A DNA stretch of 64,000 bases from a virus, in the IMG/VR virus record IMGVR_UViG_3300024279_000007, positions 676-64,675 of that record, one strand, 5' to 3'. Below the pieces are notes generated by a model. That model was given only the letters and a program-made list of their open reading frames with translations, did not search any database and was not told where the DNA came from. This document shows, one piece after another, positions 28,228-37,659 of this stretch (position 1 is its first letter; each line of letters opens with the position of its first letter). Both the position numbers and the translations under genes were made by a program.

Positions 28228-28880
28228 GCAGCTTTAACGTGGCTGGTCGCAACTCCAGCTACTCCACAGTATGCTGTTCAGCACATCGGACGCACTGAAC
28301 CTCGCCGTGGTATGAGTAAGCGTTTTATCCGCTGCCCTACGCGATGTTCGACCGGGCAACCCCAGCAGCCATAGTCCGTACTACCACGTGACTACCCGCC
28401 AGTCTTACGCTTGCTACTTATTCACCGCACCGACTGTTTCTCAGTACAGCGCCTGCATTGGAGCACACGACTTGCGCCGGTGGAACAGGTAATCAACCCG
28501 CCCCACGCTAAACCGTTGCTTACGCTCCCCAGTGACTAGCTGGACAGCCGCAACTGCCGTCTGGACCGGGTGGTCAAACCCGGCTCATGTGCTCCAATTC
28601 AGGCCCGATCCATTCAATGCTGGTCTGCCCAGCGATATCAGTGCGCCTTGGTGTATTCCGCTCGACGGGTAGGTTGAAAGCCTTCCGTACCGGGTTAATC
28701 AGCGCGACGCACTTACGGCCTGTCACCTGAACGGATCGGTAGAAGGGCGCGGTCTGGCTTCCGCCGTGTCCCGCCAGCAACTGAATGCCGTGCCCTTTTA
28801 TCGAAGCGCTCTGACACTCTGCCGGGGCCGAAGCCCCGGTTTCGTGTTCTCTCCCGCCCCTGCTACTTCACGTGCTGCTG
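28228..28880 (-). ncRNA. Candidate large structured non-coding RNA (~650 nt)
   Basis: No credible ORF; end-to-end closing helix, 11-13 bp long-range helices, G-U pairs on the minus strand, UUCG and GNRA loops, own promoter. Confidence 0.7.
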
Positions 28881-28886
28881 ATGTAC

Positions 28887-28914
28887 ATACTACACGATCC
28901 GTTCAGACATGCAA
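28887..28914 (-). promoter_or_regulatory. Putative promoter of the ncRNA, TTGCAT-16-TAGTAT
   Basis: Predicted +1 near 28880, matching the 5' strand of the closing helix. Confidence 0.55.
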
Positions 28915-29286
28915 GCATGAAATCAACTGATCGACGCGCTCACGCAACATGACCAGACGATCCTCGGCATGCGTGATCACGGAGACGACGCGCGAGACGC
29001 CCGGTTCCGGTGCCGGTGGCTGCGCCGTGCCCTGCTGGCTGACCGACCGTTCTTCCATGACCGTGGCCAGCCGTACTTCCAGTGCACCGACTGTCAGGTC
29101 CAGTCCGTTGACGACAGCGTTGAGCCTGTTCAGCGCTGCTTCCATCGGGGTCTGGGGGCGCACGTCGGCGTTGAGGTTGGTCACTTCCGCGTCTATGTGC
29201 ATCTTCTCCTGTTGATCTGCGCGCATCTTCTCTTTGAGTCGGCTGTAGCTTTCTCTGGCGGTCTGTCCGCTGTTCATTGTGTCCAT
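28903..29286 (-). CDS. Hypothetical coiled-coil protein
   Basis: GGAG RBS; first gene behind the 29339-29367 promoter. Confidence 0.7.
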   Translation of the reverse strand: MDTMNSGQTARESYSRLKEKMRADQQEKMHIDAEVTNLNADVRPQTPMEAALNRLNAVVNGLDLTVGALEVRLATVMEERSVSQQGTAQPPAPEPGVSRVVSVITHAEDRLVMLRERVDQLISCLHV

Positions 29287-29338
29287 GTGGTTCTCCGGGT
29301 GTACGTGCTGCGCTTGTGTGGGTGCTGCTGATAGTCAT

Positions 29339-29367
29339 ATCTTAGGAAATCACGGTTGCGCTGTCAA
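29339..29367 (-). promoter_or_regulatory. Sigma70 promoter TTGACA-17-TAAGAT with a second CGTTGACA copy 20 bp upstream
   Basis: TGTCAACGT direct repeat at 29362 and 29382; divergent control region. Confidence 0.8.
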
Positions 29368-29460
29368 CGTTAAATTTTCCTTGTCAACGTGCTGCTGTTC
29401 AGCTACATTCTGTCTCACGGCAAAGGGCCGTCCTAATGACGAATAACCGGAGAACGTAAC

Positions 29461-29799
29461 ATGGCAACCAAGGGAAAGAAACTGGACATTGACGCCGCAA
29501 TGGCCAAACGAATCAAGGCCGCGAAGAAGGCCAGTCCGCAGGCGCGCAACTTCAAGGGCAATGTACAGGTGAACAAGGCAGAGCCAGCCTTTGGCATCAT
29601 CCAGAAGCTGGGTGGTGTGCGCGCGGTGGCGCGGTATCTTGAGTGTGCTCCGGGCACCGTGAGTCGCTGGTGTACCCCGAAGACGAAAACCAATCCGAAC
29701 GGTGGCGGGGGGCAGGTGCCCGAAGAACGTCAGCAGCAGTTGCGCGACATGGCAGCAGCCAATCTCGTCAAGCTGACGAAAAATGCCTTCAACATGTGA
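29461..29799 (+). CDS. Cro/YdaS-like HTH regulator
   Basis: IIQKLGGVRAVARYLECAPGTVSRW...GQVP; divergent from the leftward operon. Confidence 0.85.
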   Translation: MATKGKKLDIDAAMAKRIKAAKKASPQARNFKGNVQVNKAEPAFGIIQKLGGVRAVARYLECAPGTVSRWCTPKTKTNPNGGGGQVPEERQQQLRDMAAANLVKLTKNAFNM

Positions 29800-29833
29800 C
29801 AGGATCAGTGTCATACACAGGCTTTCGAGAGAA

Positions 29834-29870
29834 GCCCGCCCAGCAAGGTTCTGCGGCGGGTTTTGTTTTT
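29834..29870 (+). terminator. Intrinsic terminator
   Basis: CCCGCC...GGCGGG stem followed by TTTTGTTTTT. Confidence 0.7.
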
Positions 29871-29952
29871 AAGGCGAAGCAGTATATCATAAAGTAATGC
29901 TGATGTACTGCGCAGCCCAATAATCAATTCTAACTCTAACCGGAGAGCGATC

Positions 29953-30105
29953 ATGTCCCACACTGTTGTCATGACCCGAAAGACGATCTTCCTGCCCGTC
30001 ACCATGACCAAGTATTTTCTGACCATGAAGAAGCGCACAGGTCTCGGCATGGCTGAACAGATTCGCGCAATCCTTCAAAAGCATATCGACACGAATCCGT
30101 TGTAA
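29953..30105 (+). CDS. Ribbon-helix-helix DNA-binding protein (50 aa)
   Basis: RKTIFLPVTMTKYFLTMKKRTGLGMAEQIRAILQKHI fits the RHH pattern; GGAG RBS; below the ORF-track cutoff. Confidence 0.75.
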   Translation: MSHTVVMTRKTIFLPVTMTKYFLTMKKRTGLGMAEQIRAILQKHIDTNPL

Positions 30106-30411
30106 CTGGACAGTGGCCATGACGTTCGAAGAATGGCTGAAGCTGAACACGCCGCGTAACCGTGCCTACAGTGTGGTCGATCTGCGCACGGGGTGGGACG
30201 CCGCCTTGGAGACACATAACATGCTGAACAGATACACGATTGGTTGCCCTGAACCGGGCGAGTCGGATAGTGACGGTGGGGAGTGTGACTGAGATGGACA
30301 ACGCGCCCAAAAAAGAACCCGCTGGCACGTGGAGTGATCAGCGGGCTTAGTTCTCTCTAAGCTGAACTGAATCTCGGGGGATCAGACCCGTTACTCAGGA
30401 ACTACACGACC

Positions 30412-33135
30412 ATGATAGCTAATGAACCGTGGCAGGGCAAGCCTGCCGTGAGTGAATTTCGTCCTGTCTCCGCGAGCCGGGGCAAGGGAAATCCGGGTGT
30501 TGTTCAGGAGCCGACAGGTATGGACTGGACTGATCTTGTCCAGTTTGTCCAGAACCCACACGAATCCTCTGTTACACACGGTTACTATTTGAGCCTGCCC
30601 AAGAACAGGCCCAAGGGCGCGCCCGAAGATACTGTTACGCAGTCATCACTGAAGAAACGTGATGCTTTCGTGCTGTTCGGTGAATGCGCACACGGTGTCC
30701 GTGATGATGATCACCTGACCAGCCGTTCAGCCGTGACGCTAGACTTCGATCAGCGCGATGCTGGCCTGCTTCTGAAGAAGCTGCGCATCGAAGCAATCAG
30801 CGTGCCATTCTCCTACGTCTGGCATACAACACGCTCTCATGTCTATGCGCTGGACAACATACAGCCGAAAGTTCGGGTAATCATTCCGTTAGGCCGCGAC
30901 GTTTCTCCAGTTGAATACCGGCTGCTGGTGCGCGGCCTCGCGCGCTACTTCCCGGCCACGCTGGACCCGGCCTCGCTCAAGCCGTCGCAGATGATGTTCT
31001 GCCCGATCCATAATCAGGACGCGCCGTACCGCTCGGGTGCGTTCAGGACCACGGGCTACGTGGAGCCGGACAGCGTGCTCGCCCTGATTGAGGACGAACC
31101 GGAAGCCCGGTCCGACCGTGGCCATGACGACCGCCGCCGCTCCGCTGTTCAGGAGAACGGTGATGTTGATCCGCTGGTCAACTCTGTCCAGCCGCTGCGT
31201 GGTATCAGCCTGCATGAGATTGAACGTGATCTGGACAGGCTGGACCCGGACATGGAGTATGACGACTGGATGACGGTCATCCGGGCGGTGCATCACCAGA
31301 CGCTGGGCAGCGACGAAGGCCTCGACCTGATCGACACGTGGAGTCAGGGCGGCGCGAAGTACGAGGACGGCGTGGTGCAGGCCAAGTGGGACGAACTGCG
31401 CCACGGCACCAAGGGACGCGCGACGACCTACGCCACGATCCTGAAGTGGATGAACGACCAGCGCGCGGAGAAGGCCGTAGCTGTCCGGGACACGTTCATC
31501 GTTGAAATCCAGAACTGTACAGACGAGCGCGAACTGGAAGAAAAGCTGGCCCGCCGCATCAGCGAGTCCGATGACCTGACGCCGCTCGGTCGCAAGCGGC
31601 TGGCCGAAGAACTGGTCAAGCGGCAAAAGGCGGTGCTCGGTACGGCGCTGTCCATCGCGGAAATGCGCAAGGCTGTCTCGCCTGCATCCAAAAGCAAGAC
31701 CGCCGTGGCTGTGTCGCAGAACACCGCGACGCTGGACCAGCGCTTCACTGAAATGGGTAACGCCGCGCGCCTGTACGACCGCATTGGCCACAACCTGCTG
31801 TTCGTACCGGAGTCGCAGGTGTGGTACCGCTGGCAGGATGGACGCTGGCAGGAGTACCCGGTCGAAGCGGTGCGCCGCATCGCCCAGCAGGTGATTGACG
31901 ACATGCCGCGCAATGCCCCGGACGATCTGAGTGGCGGCGCGCTGGTCGATTACATGTCGTGGTGCATCAAGTCGCAGACCTCGCACATGATCGACGCAAT
32001 GGTGAAGCTGCTGCCGGGTGTGCCGGGTTCGAACATGATCGTACCGGGTGCGCTGATGGACAGTGACATGAACCTGTTCGGCGTGCGCAATGGCGTGATC
32101 GAACTGGACAGCGGAACACTGCGCGATGCCGAACGGGCTGATCTGGTGACGCGCGTGGCTGCGTGCGACTACAACCCGGACGCCAAGTGTCCGCTGTTCC
32201 TGAAGGTGCTGGGCGACGCCTTCTTCGATGACCCGAAGATGATCGAGTGGTTCCACCGGGTAATCGGCTACTCGCTGCTGGGTAATCCGGCTGAACAGTT
32301 CTTCGTGATTCCCTATGGTCTGGGATCGAACGGCAAGTCCACCATCCTGAATGCGATCCGCAACGTGCTCGGGCAGCACGCCATGTCCACGCCGTACACG
32401 ACCTTCCTGACGGACAACAAGACACAAGCCTCGGCTTCCGGTCCTACTGAATACCTGCTGCGCCTGAAGGGTTCACGTTTCGTCTATATGAGCGAGCCGG
32501 AAGCGGGCATGTCGCTGCGCGCGTCGCTGATCAAGAGTGTCACGGGCGGGGATGAATTGCAGGCGCGTGGTGTGCATGCAAGGAAGTCGATTGCGTTCAA
32601 GCCTAGCTGGGTGATCTTCATGCCGACGAATCACCGGCCTGTGGTGAAGGATGACGATCACGGTATCTGGCGTCGTATCCGGCTGATCCCGTTCACGCGC
32701 AACTTCGATGAGGACCGGCACATCGAGAAGGACACGGCGCTGGACGACAAGCTGAAGGCTGAATATGAAGGCATCCTTGCGTGGTGTGTGGCCGGTGCTT
32801 CGAAGTATCTGCGCGACCGGCTGGGGGAGACGCCGCCCAGTATCGCTGCGGCACACGCGTCATATCGTACAGACATGGACGTGCTGCACGACTGGCTGAA
32901 CGATCAGTGGGTGACTGAACCGTTGGGCCGGACGACTATGGCTGAACTGTGGGGTAGCTGGAAACGGTACGCTGAACAGGCGGGCTGTCTGCAAATGGTG
33001 CCGTCCGAGAAGTCGCTGGGCAGACGTTTACTGGATCGCGGGTTCACTCAGTACCGTGGCACGGGTGGAAAACGCGGATACAAGGGCCTGATCAGGCGTG
33101 AGCGCAGCGCGGAAGACGAAGGCTTCGGAAAATAG
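30412..33135 (+). CDS. P4-family primase-helicase (primase, PriCT-like and D5-like SF3 helicase domains)
   Basis: VTLDFD, HTTRSH, R.RVIIPL primase motifs; YDDWMTV..A.H PriCT; GLGSNGKST Walker A; N-H-RP...D.GIWRR. Confidence 0.95.
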   Translation: MIANEPWQGKPAVSEFRPVSASRGKGNPGVVQEPTGMDWTDLVQFVQNPHESSVTHGYYLSLPKNRPKGAPEDTVTQSSLKKRDAFVLFGECAHGVRDDDHLTSRSAVTLDFDQRDAGLLLKKLRIEAISVPFSYVWHTTRSHVYALDNIQPKVRVIIPLGRDVSPVEYRLLVRGLARYFPATLDPASLKPSQMMFCPIHNQDAPYRSGAFRTTGYVEPDSVLALIEDEPEARSDRGHDDRRRSAVQENGDVDPLVNSVQPLRGISLHEIERDLDRLDPDMEYDDWMTVIRAVHHQTLGSDEGLDLIDTWSQGGAKYEDGVVQAKWDELRHGTKGRATTYATILKWMNDQRAEKAVAVRDTFIVEIQNCTDERELEEKLARRISESDDLTPLGRKRLAEELVKRQKAVLGTALSIAEMRKAVSPASKSKTAVAVSQNTATLDQRFTEMGNAARLYDRIGHNLLFVPESQVWYRWQDGRWQEYPVEAVRRIAQQVIDDMPRNAPDDLSGGALVDYMSWCIKSQTSHMIDAMVKLLPGVPGSNMIVPGALMDSDMNLFGVRNGVIELDSGTLRDAERADLVTRVAACDYNPDAKCPLFLKVLGDAFFDDPKMIEWFHRVIGYSLLGNPAEQFFVIPYGLGSNGKSTILNAIRNVLGQHAMSTPYTTFLTDNKTQASASGPTEYLLRLKGSRFVYMSEPEAGMSLRASLIKSVTGGDELQARGVHARKSIAFKPSWVIFMPTNHRPVVKDDDHGIWRRIRLIPFTRNFDEDRHIEKDTALDDKLKAEYEGILAWCVAGASKYLRDRLGETPPSIAAAHASYRTDMDVLHDWLNDQWVTEPLGRTTMAELWGSWKRYAEQAGCLQMVPSEKSLGRRLLDRGFTQYRGTGGKRGYKGLIRRERSAEDEGFGK

Positions 33136-33172
33136 CTGGACAGTAGCATAAGCTGTTGAATAAAAACAGGTA

Positions 33173-33308
33173 GTGACGTTTGTGACGTTTCTTTGGGTAA
33201 GTGTAGTTAGTGACGTTAGTGACGTTTATACCCCTAAATCATAAAACTCTCTATACGAGCGCTGGCAGGAAAAACCTCTAAAAGGGTAAGAAACGTCACT
33301 AACGTCAC
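33173..33308. repeat. Iteron-like origin element downstream of the primase
   Basis: GTGACGTT at 33173, 33182, 33210, 33219; AT-rich spacer; inverted copies at 33292 and 33301. Confidence 0.8.
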
Positions 33309-33354
33309 TAGTAAGTAAAAACCCTTATAACTGAACAGAACTGGAGAACTGAAC

Positions 33355-33813
33355 ATGAAAGAACTGAACACCCTTAGTCGCACTGAAGCGATTGAACAGG
33401 TAGCGAGCCTGTTCATTCAGGCCGACGCCTTGGTAGTCGATCTGGCGAACGCACCCGGCTACCCGGACATGATGGTGCTGGTGAAGGACTGCATGCCGCT
33501 GTTCATCTTCGTGCGACCGGATGACGTGGCCAGCCCTGTCTGGGCAGAGGCCAAGGTGGTGGTGGAAAAGAACCTCGCTGCCGTGAACGCCACGTGGTTC
33601 GATGCAACCGAAGTCAGCGATCTGGACTGGGTGCTGGGTGAAGTCATGCACCGGACCAAGCCGGGTGAAATCAAGCAGAAGTCTGTTCAGTTGACGGCTG
33701 AACAGCAGGGATTCGATTTCAGCCCTTCTGGCGGGTCGGCGGAAAAAGTGGCTACCCCTGCACCGGACGAAGCGAACCAGCGGCAGCGCGCTAGGAAAGC
33801 GTGGCTGGAATGA
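33355..33813 (+). CDS. Degenerate VRR-NUC-like protein
   Basis: GYPDMMVLV...LFIFVRP parallels the next gene's GVYDRIVVL...FVELKRP but lacks E-x-K. Confidence 0.55.
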   Translation: MKELNTLSRTEAIEQVASLFIQADALVVDLANAPGYPDMMVLVKDCMPLFIFVRPDDVASPVWAEAKVVVEKNLAAVNATWFDATEVSDLDWVLGEVMHRTKPGEIKQKSVQLTAEQQGFDFSPSGGSAEKVATPAPDEANQRQRARKAWLE

Positions 33814-34130
33814 GCAAAAGAAAGGTGAGGGAGAGTGCCATCGAAACCCTGTTTCGGGAAGGCGTCGAAGCACTGGGCGGAAAAGCCTACAAGTTCGTCA
33901 GTCCGGGAGAGGCAGGAGTGTATGACCGGATCGTGGTTCTGCCTTACCTGCCTGTTCATTTCGTGGAACTGAAACGACCGGGCAGGGATCTGGACCCGTT
34001 GCAGGTGCTGTTCAGGGATTACGTGGCTGAACGGGGCCATCCACACGCGATGCTGGATTCTGCACCGGCAGTGGCGACGTGGCTGGCTGAACGGGCAAGG
34101 GAAATAGCGAGACGCAGGAAACTCTCATGA
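33810..34130 (+). CDS. VRR-NUC nuclease
   Basis: ESAIE...GGKAYKFVSPG..GVYDRIV...FVELKRPG...Q. Confidence 0.9.
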   Translation: MSKRKVRESAIETLFREGVEALGGKAYKFVSPGEAGVYDRIVVLPYLPVHFVELKRPGRDLDPLQVLFRDYVAERGHPHAMLDSAPAVATWLAERAREIARRRKLS

Positions 34131-35635
34131 GCACGATCTGGACACCACGCGTTTATCAGCAGCACGGGCTGGACTTCGTGCTGGAGACACCGGACTGCGG
34201 CCTGTGGTATCCGATGGGCCTCGGCAAGACCAGCGTGATAGCGAGCGCGGTCAGCTTTCTGCTGTACGACTGCTTTGACGTGCGGCGCGTGCTGATCGTG
34301 GGACCGAAGCGGGTGGCCAGCAAGGTATGGCCGGACGAGTTCAGGAAGTGGAAGCATCTGGCCTACATGCAGTACCGTGTGCTGAAGGCAGAGGACTTCG
34401 GTCTCACGCCGACCTACCAGACGCTGGACTACTACGACGCGGTACTGGAGACGATCCGCAAGAAAGAGAAGAAGGGCAAGCTGGCCTTCGGGTATGACCG
34501 GGAAGATGGACAGGCCAATCGCAAGGCGAAGGCAGCAACGAAGAAGCTGCTTCAGTCCTACCGTGAACGCATCCACATTGTAAGCTGGGATTTTCTGGAG
34601 TACCTTGTGGACGCCTACGGCAGCAACTGGCCGTATGACATGGTGGTGCTGGATGAAGCCAGCTTCGTGAAGAATCAGGACACCAACCGGTTCAGGGCCT
34701 GCCGTGACTTCAGGAAGCAGACAGGCCGGATCGTGCAGGCGACTGGCACACCGGCATCGAACGGCCTGCTGAATATCTGGAGCCAGTTGTGGATACTGGA
34801 CAAAGGCAGACGGCTGGGCGAGACGTACAGCGCCTACCGGTCAGCGTACTTCAGCCCCGCAGCGACGGGCAGGGATGGCACGGTCTATAGCTGGGCGATT
34901 GACAAGGGAGCGAAGGCGCGCATCTACGACAGGATAGGCGATATCGTCATGTCACTGCGGGCTGAAGACTGGATTGATCTGCCGGACCTGATCGACAATC
35001 CGATCTGGGTGGACCTGCCGGATGAAGCACGGGAACTGTACAACAAGGTAGAAGCCGATCTGGTTGCCATGATGCGTGGACACCAGATCAGCGCACGTAA
35101 CCCGGCAGCACTGGTCAACAAGCTGATGCAGATAGCGAACGGCACGGTCTACGATGATGGACGCAAACCACAGCCGGTGCACAAGGCCAAGCTGAACGCG
35201 CTGTCCGAACTGGCGGAAGCTGACGACGGTAACCTGCTGGTGGCGTATGTGTACCGGCCTGAAGCTGAAGCCATCCAGAAGCACTTCGGACGCAAGGCCG
35301 TGAAGCTGGACAGTGATGCCAAGCTGGACGACTGGAACGCAGGGAAAATAAAGATAGGCTATGCGCATGCGGCAAGCATTGGCCACGGAACGAACATACA
35401 GGCAGGCGGCAACAAGACCGTGTGGTTCGGACCCACTCACAATCTCGAACACTGGCAGCAGTTCAACGCACGACTCAGACGCAGCGGACAGGAAGCGGAT
35501 CACGTTGTCCAGTCGTGCATCATGGCCAGTAACACGCTGGACAGACACGTAAGGTATCGGGTGCTGGCCGACAAGGAAGACGACCAGCAAGACCTGATGG
35601 ACGCGGTACTCGCCAGAATAGGGGAACTGCAATGA
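34127..35635 (+). CDS. SNF2-family helicase
   Basis: MGLGKT, VVLDEAS, ATGTPASNG, KLMQIANG, SIGHGTNIQ.GG, QFNARLRRSGQ. Confidence 0.95.
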   Translation: MSTIWTPRVYQQHGLDFVLETPDCGLWYPMGLGKTSVIASAVSFLLYDCFDVRRVLIVGPKRVASKVWPDEFRKWKHLAYMQYRVLKAEDFGLTPTYQTLDYYDAVLETIRKKEKKGKLAFGYDREDGQANRKAKAATKKLLQSYRERIHIVSWDFLEYLVDAYGSNWPYDMVVLDEASFVKNQDTNRFRACRDFRKQTGRIVQATGTPASNGLLNIWSQLWILDKGRRLGETYSAYRSAYFSPAATGRDGTVYSWAIDKGAKARIYDRIGDIVMSLRAEDWIDLPDLIDNPIWVDLPDEARELYNKVEADLVAMMRGHQISARNPAALVNKLMQIANGTVYDDGRKPQPVHKAKLNALSELAEADDGNLLVAYVYRPEAEAIQKHFGRKAVKLDSDAKLDDWNAGKIKIGYAHAASIGHGTNIQAGGNKTVWFGPTHNLEHWQQFNARLRRSGQEADHVVQSCIMASNTLDRHVRYRVLADKEDDQQDLMDAVLARIGELQ

Positions 35636-36198
35636 ACTTTGAAAAACTCTCTCAGTTGACAATCGGTGTATCAGGATTCACGGAACGTGTATCGGGAACA
35701 GCATTCAAGGATAGTGACTGGACAGACATGGCACGGGCGATTGGCAATGCAGCACCGGAGTCCGCTGATCTGCTGCGTGGTCTGTACCTGCATGATGAAC
35801 GGGCGACGCGGCGCGTCTTCTCCCGACTGGCGGAAGCCTACACACTGGCAGGCGTACCGAAGAAGCTGGCAAGGGAATGTGCACGGGTCACGTTCGGTGC
35901 GTTCCTTGCAATGCGACCGTGCGAGCACTGCGATGGCAAGGGCATGATCAAGATGCCGGGTGGAATGAGACTGGACATTGAAACAGGGGAATGGACGGAA
36001 CACAAAGGGGGCTGGAAGAAGTGTGCGTGGTGCAGGGGAGACGGTGCAACGCATGTCCCCGCAATGGTTGCGATGGAAGCGTTGCACGTCAGTGGGCAGG
36101 TATGGGAAGGACTGCTGGAAGTGCCATACGACGCAATCTATGCGCTGTTGCGTCGCTGGCATAACAACGGGGTGGCAGCGATCATCGGTACGGTGTGA
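35632..36198 (+). CDS. Q-like antiterminator / late regulator with zinc finger
   Basis: CEHCDGKG and CAWCRGDG repeats; last gene of the replication operon. Confidence 0.6.
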   Translation: MNFEKLSQLTIGVSGFTERVSGTAFKDSDWTDMARAIGNAAPESADLLRGLYLHDERATRRVFSRLAEAYTLAGVPKKLARECARVTFGAFLAMRPCEHCDGKGMIKMPGGMRLDIETGEWTEHKGGWKKCAWCRGDGATHVPAMVAMEALHVSGQVWEGLLEVPYDAIYALLRRWHNNGVAAIIGTV

Positions 36199-36369
36199 AC
36201 GGATTGCGCTGGCGTGAGCCCCGCACAATCCGCCCCCTGCTGTCACACTGGACCAGTGCACGGTAGGTCCACATGCAGTGTCGGCACGACACGGGAGACC
36301 AGATCAGCCTTTCGATAAACTCATCGCGAAAGGCTGGCTGGACTTCACGAAATTCAGCCTGCTGTTCAG

Positions 36370-36783
36370 TTATAAACATGGCCGTTTCACTCCTGCAAGT
36401 CTTTCAAGCACATCACGGGTAAGGCCTTCCTTTGCCATTCTCTGCTTCACCAGCGAGACCGTTTCAGCAGAGCGTTCGCGCACACCGGGATCGGTGGCAA
36501 TTTCTACCCGTAGTTCAGCTTCTGTCAGAATCTGGTACAGGTCAGCATAGGTTATGGCCATGATGGTTCCTCCTGTGAGCACAGCGATAAAGTAGGGCGT
36601 GGTCATGTCGGCCTTCGCACGGTAAGCGGTAGGCAGTGCGCCGGACAGAAAGTATTCACCCTTCATTGGACAGCGCGCTGGCTGTCCATCCCAGCGAGCA
36701 AACTTCGGGTAGGCCTTGCCATTGCGCCAGTTGAAGCCTTCAGCAGTCACCTTTCTAAAGCCAATAGCAGGACGTTTCATCAT
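36370..36783 (-). CDS. Early hypothetical protein, probably two fused ORFs (internal start 36561)
   Basis: AGGAGG RBS before an in-frame internal ATG. Confidence 0.55.
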   Translation of the reverse strand: MMKRPAIGFRKVTAEGFNWRNGKAYPKFARWDGQPARCPMKGEYFLSGALPTAYRAKADMTTPYFIAVLTGGTIMAITYADLYQILTEAELRVEIATDPGVRERSAETVSLVKQRMAKEGLTRDVLERLAGVKRPCL

Positions 36784-37164
36784 TCACCCCTTCAAGGTTT
36801 GTCCGCAGCACGGGCAGCGAGTCTTTGCAGCCCGTTTCATGCCACGGTAGACGGCAGAGGCATCAATCCCGAATTGCTTGGCAGCAGCATAGGGTGAGCC
36901 ACCCGTTTCCTTCATCCAGTGCAGCGCCTGCTGCGTTCTGGACAGTTCCACTTCAAGCAGTGGCTTTGTGTAGGTACCGGTCAGCACAAAGCCATCGTCA
37001 AGCACATCAGGCAAGTCGGGCACCAGTGCCCGGATACTCACCTTGCCATCGTCCCGTTTGTAGACGGCGATACCCTGCACCGATTCGAGCGCAGCCTCAA
37101 CCTTCTGCTGCGTATCTTCATCGAACAGGGCCATCAGTTCATCGTAGGTCATGTTCAACTCCAT
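36784..37164 (-). CDS. HTH plus zinc-ribbon protein
   Basis: SPYAAAKQFGIDASAVYRGM and CPCCGQ. Confidence 0.7.
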   Translation of the reverse strand: MELNMTYDELMALFDEDTQQKVEAALESVQGIAVYKRDDGKVSIRALVPDLPDVLDDGFVLTGTYTKPLLEVELSRTQQALHWMKETGGSPYAAAKQFGIDASAVYRGMKRAAKTRCPCCGQTLKG

Positions 37165-37224
37165 GCAACACCGATCAGGATGCCCAGTACCAGCATCACC
37201 AGTATGGACGCGATCACGTCCAGC

Positions 37225-37659
37225 TTAACTCTGCGCAGCATCTTCTGTCTCCCGGTAGACGGTGAAGCACACCTGACACATGTTCACCGGTCGAATGTCC
37301 AGTGAGCCGTTACCGAAATTCGACACGTTGCAGCGCAGACCTGTCCAGCCGATCAGCGCCTTCACGCGACGCACAAAGGCCAGATGCGTGGTGCCCTGCG
37401 GGACTTCCAGCGTATGGCGCTTGACCCAGCAGTAGTTAGCTTCACCGCCAAAGGTGTCCGTGACTTCAATGTCGTACTTGACCATTTTGTTCTCCAGTTC
37501 AATAGGGATGATGCGGTACCAGCTTGCAGGCATGCCATTACGCAGCATGGCGCGGGCCACGCGCCGCTTGGCATCCCGTTCACGGATGAAGGGTTGACCG
37601 ACCGGGAGCCAGTAGTTATCGAACATTGCCTGTTTTGCTTCCACCTGATAGCGTGCCAT
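37225..37659 (-). CDS. Early hypothetical protein, probably two fused ORFs (internal start 37485)
   Basis: Starts in the repeat unit; internal GGAG RBS before MVKYDIEVTDTFGGEANYCWVKR. Confidence 0.6.
   Translation of the reverse strand: MARYQVEAKQAMFDNYWLPVGQPFIRERDAKRRVARAMLRNGMPASWYRIIPIELENKMVKYDIEVTDTFGGEANYCWVKRHTLEVPQGTTHLAFVRRVKALIGWTGLRCNVSNFGNGSLDIRPVNMCQVCFTVYRETEDAAQS

Noticed and set aside
28228-28880. tmRNA, tRNA, RNase P, or group I/II intron identity for the large RNA
   Set aside because: No T-arm/acceptor match despite a GGGGCGG start, no GAGGAAAGUC, no domain V, no correctly ordered P7 pairing
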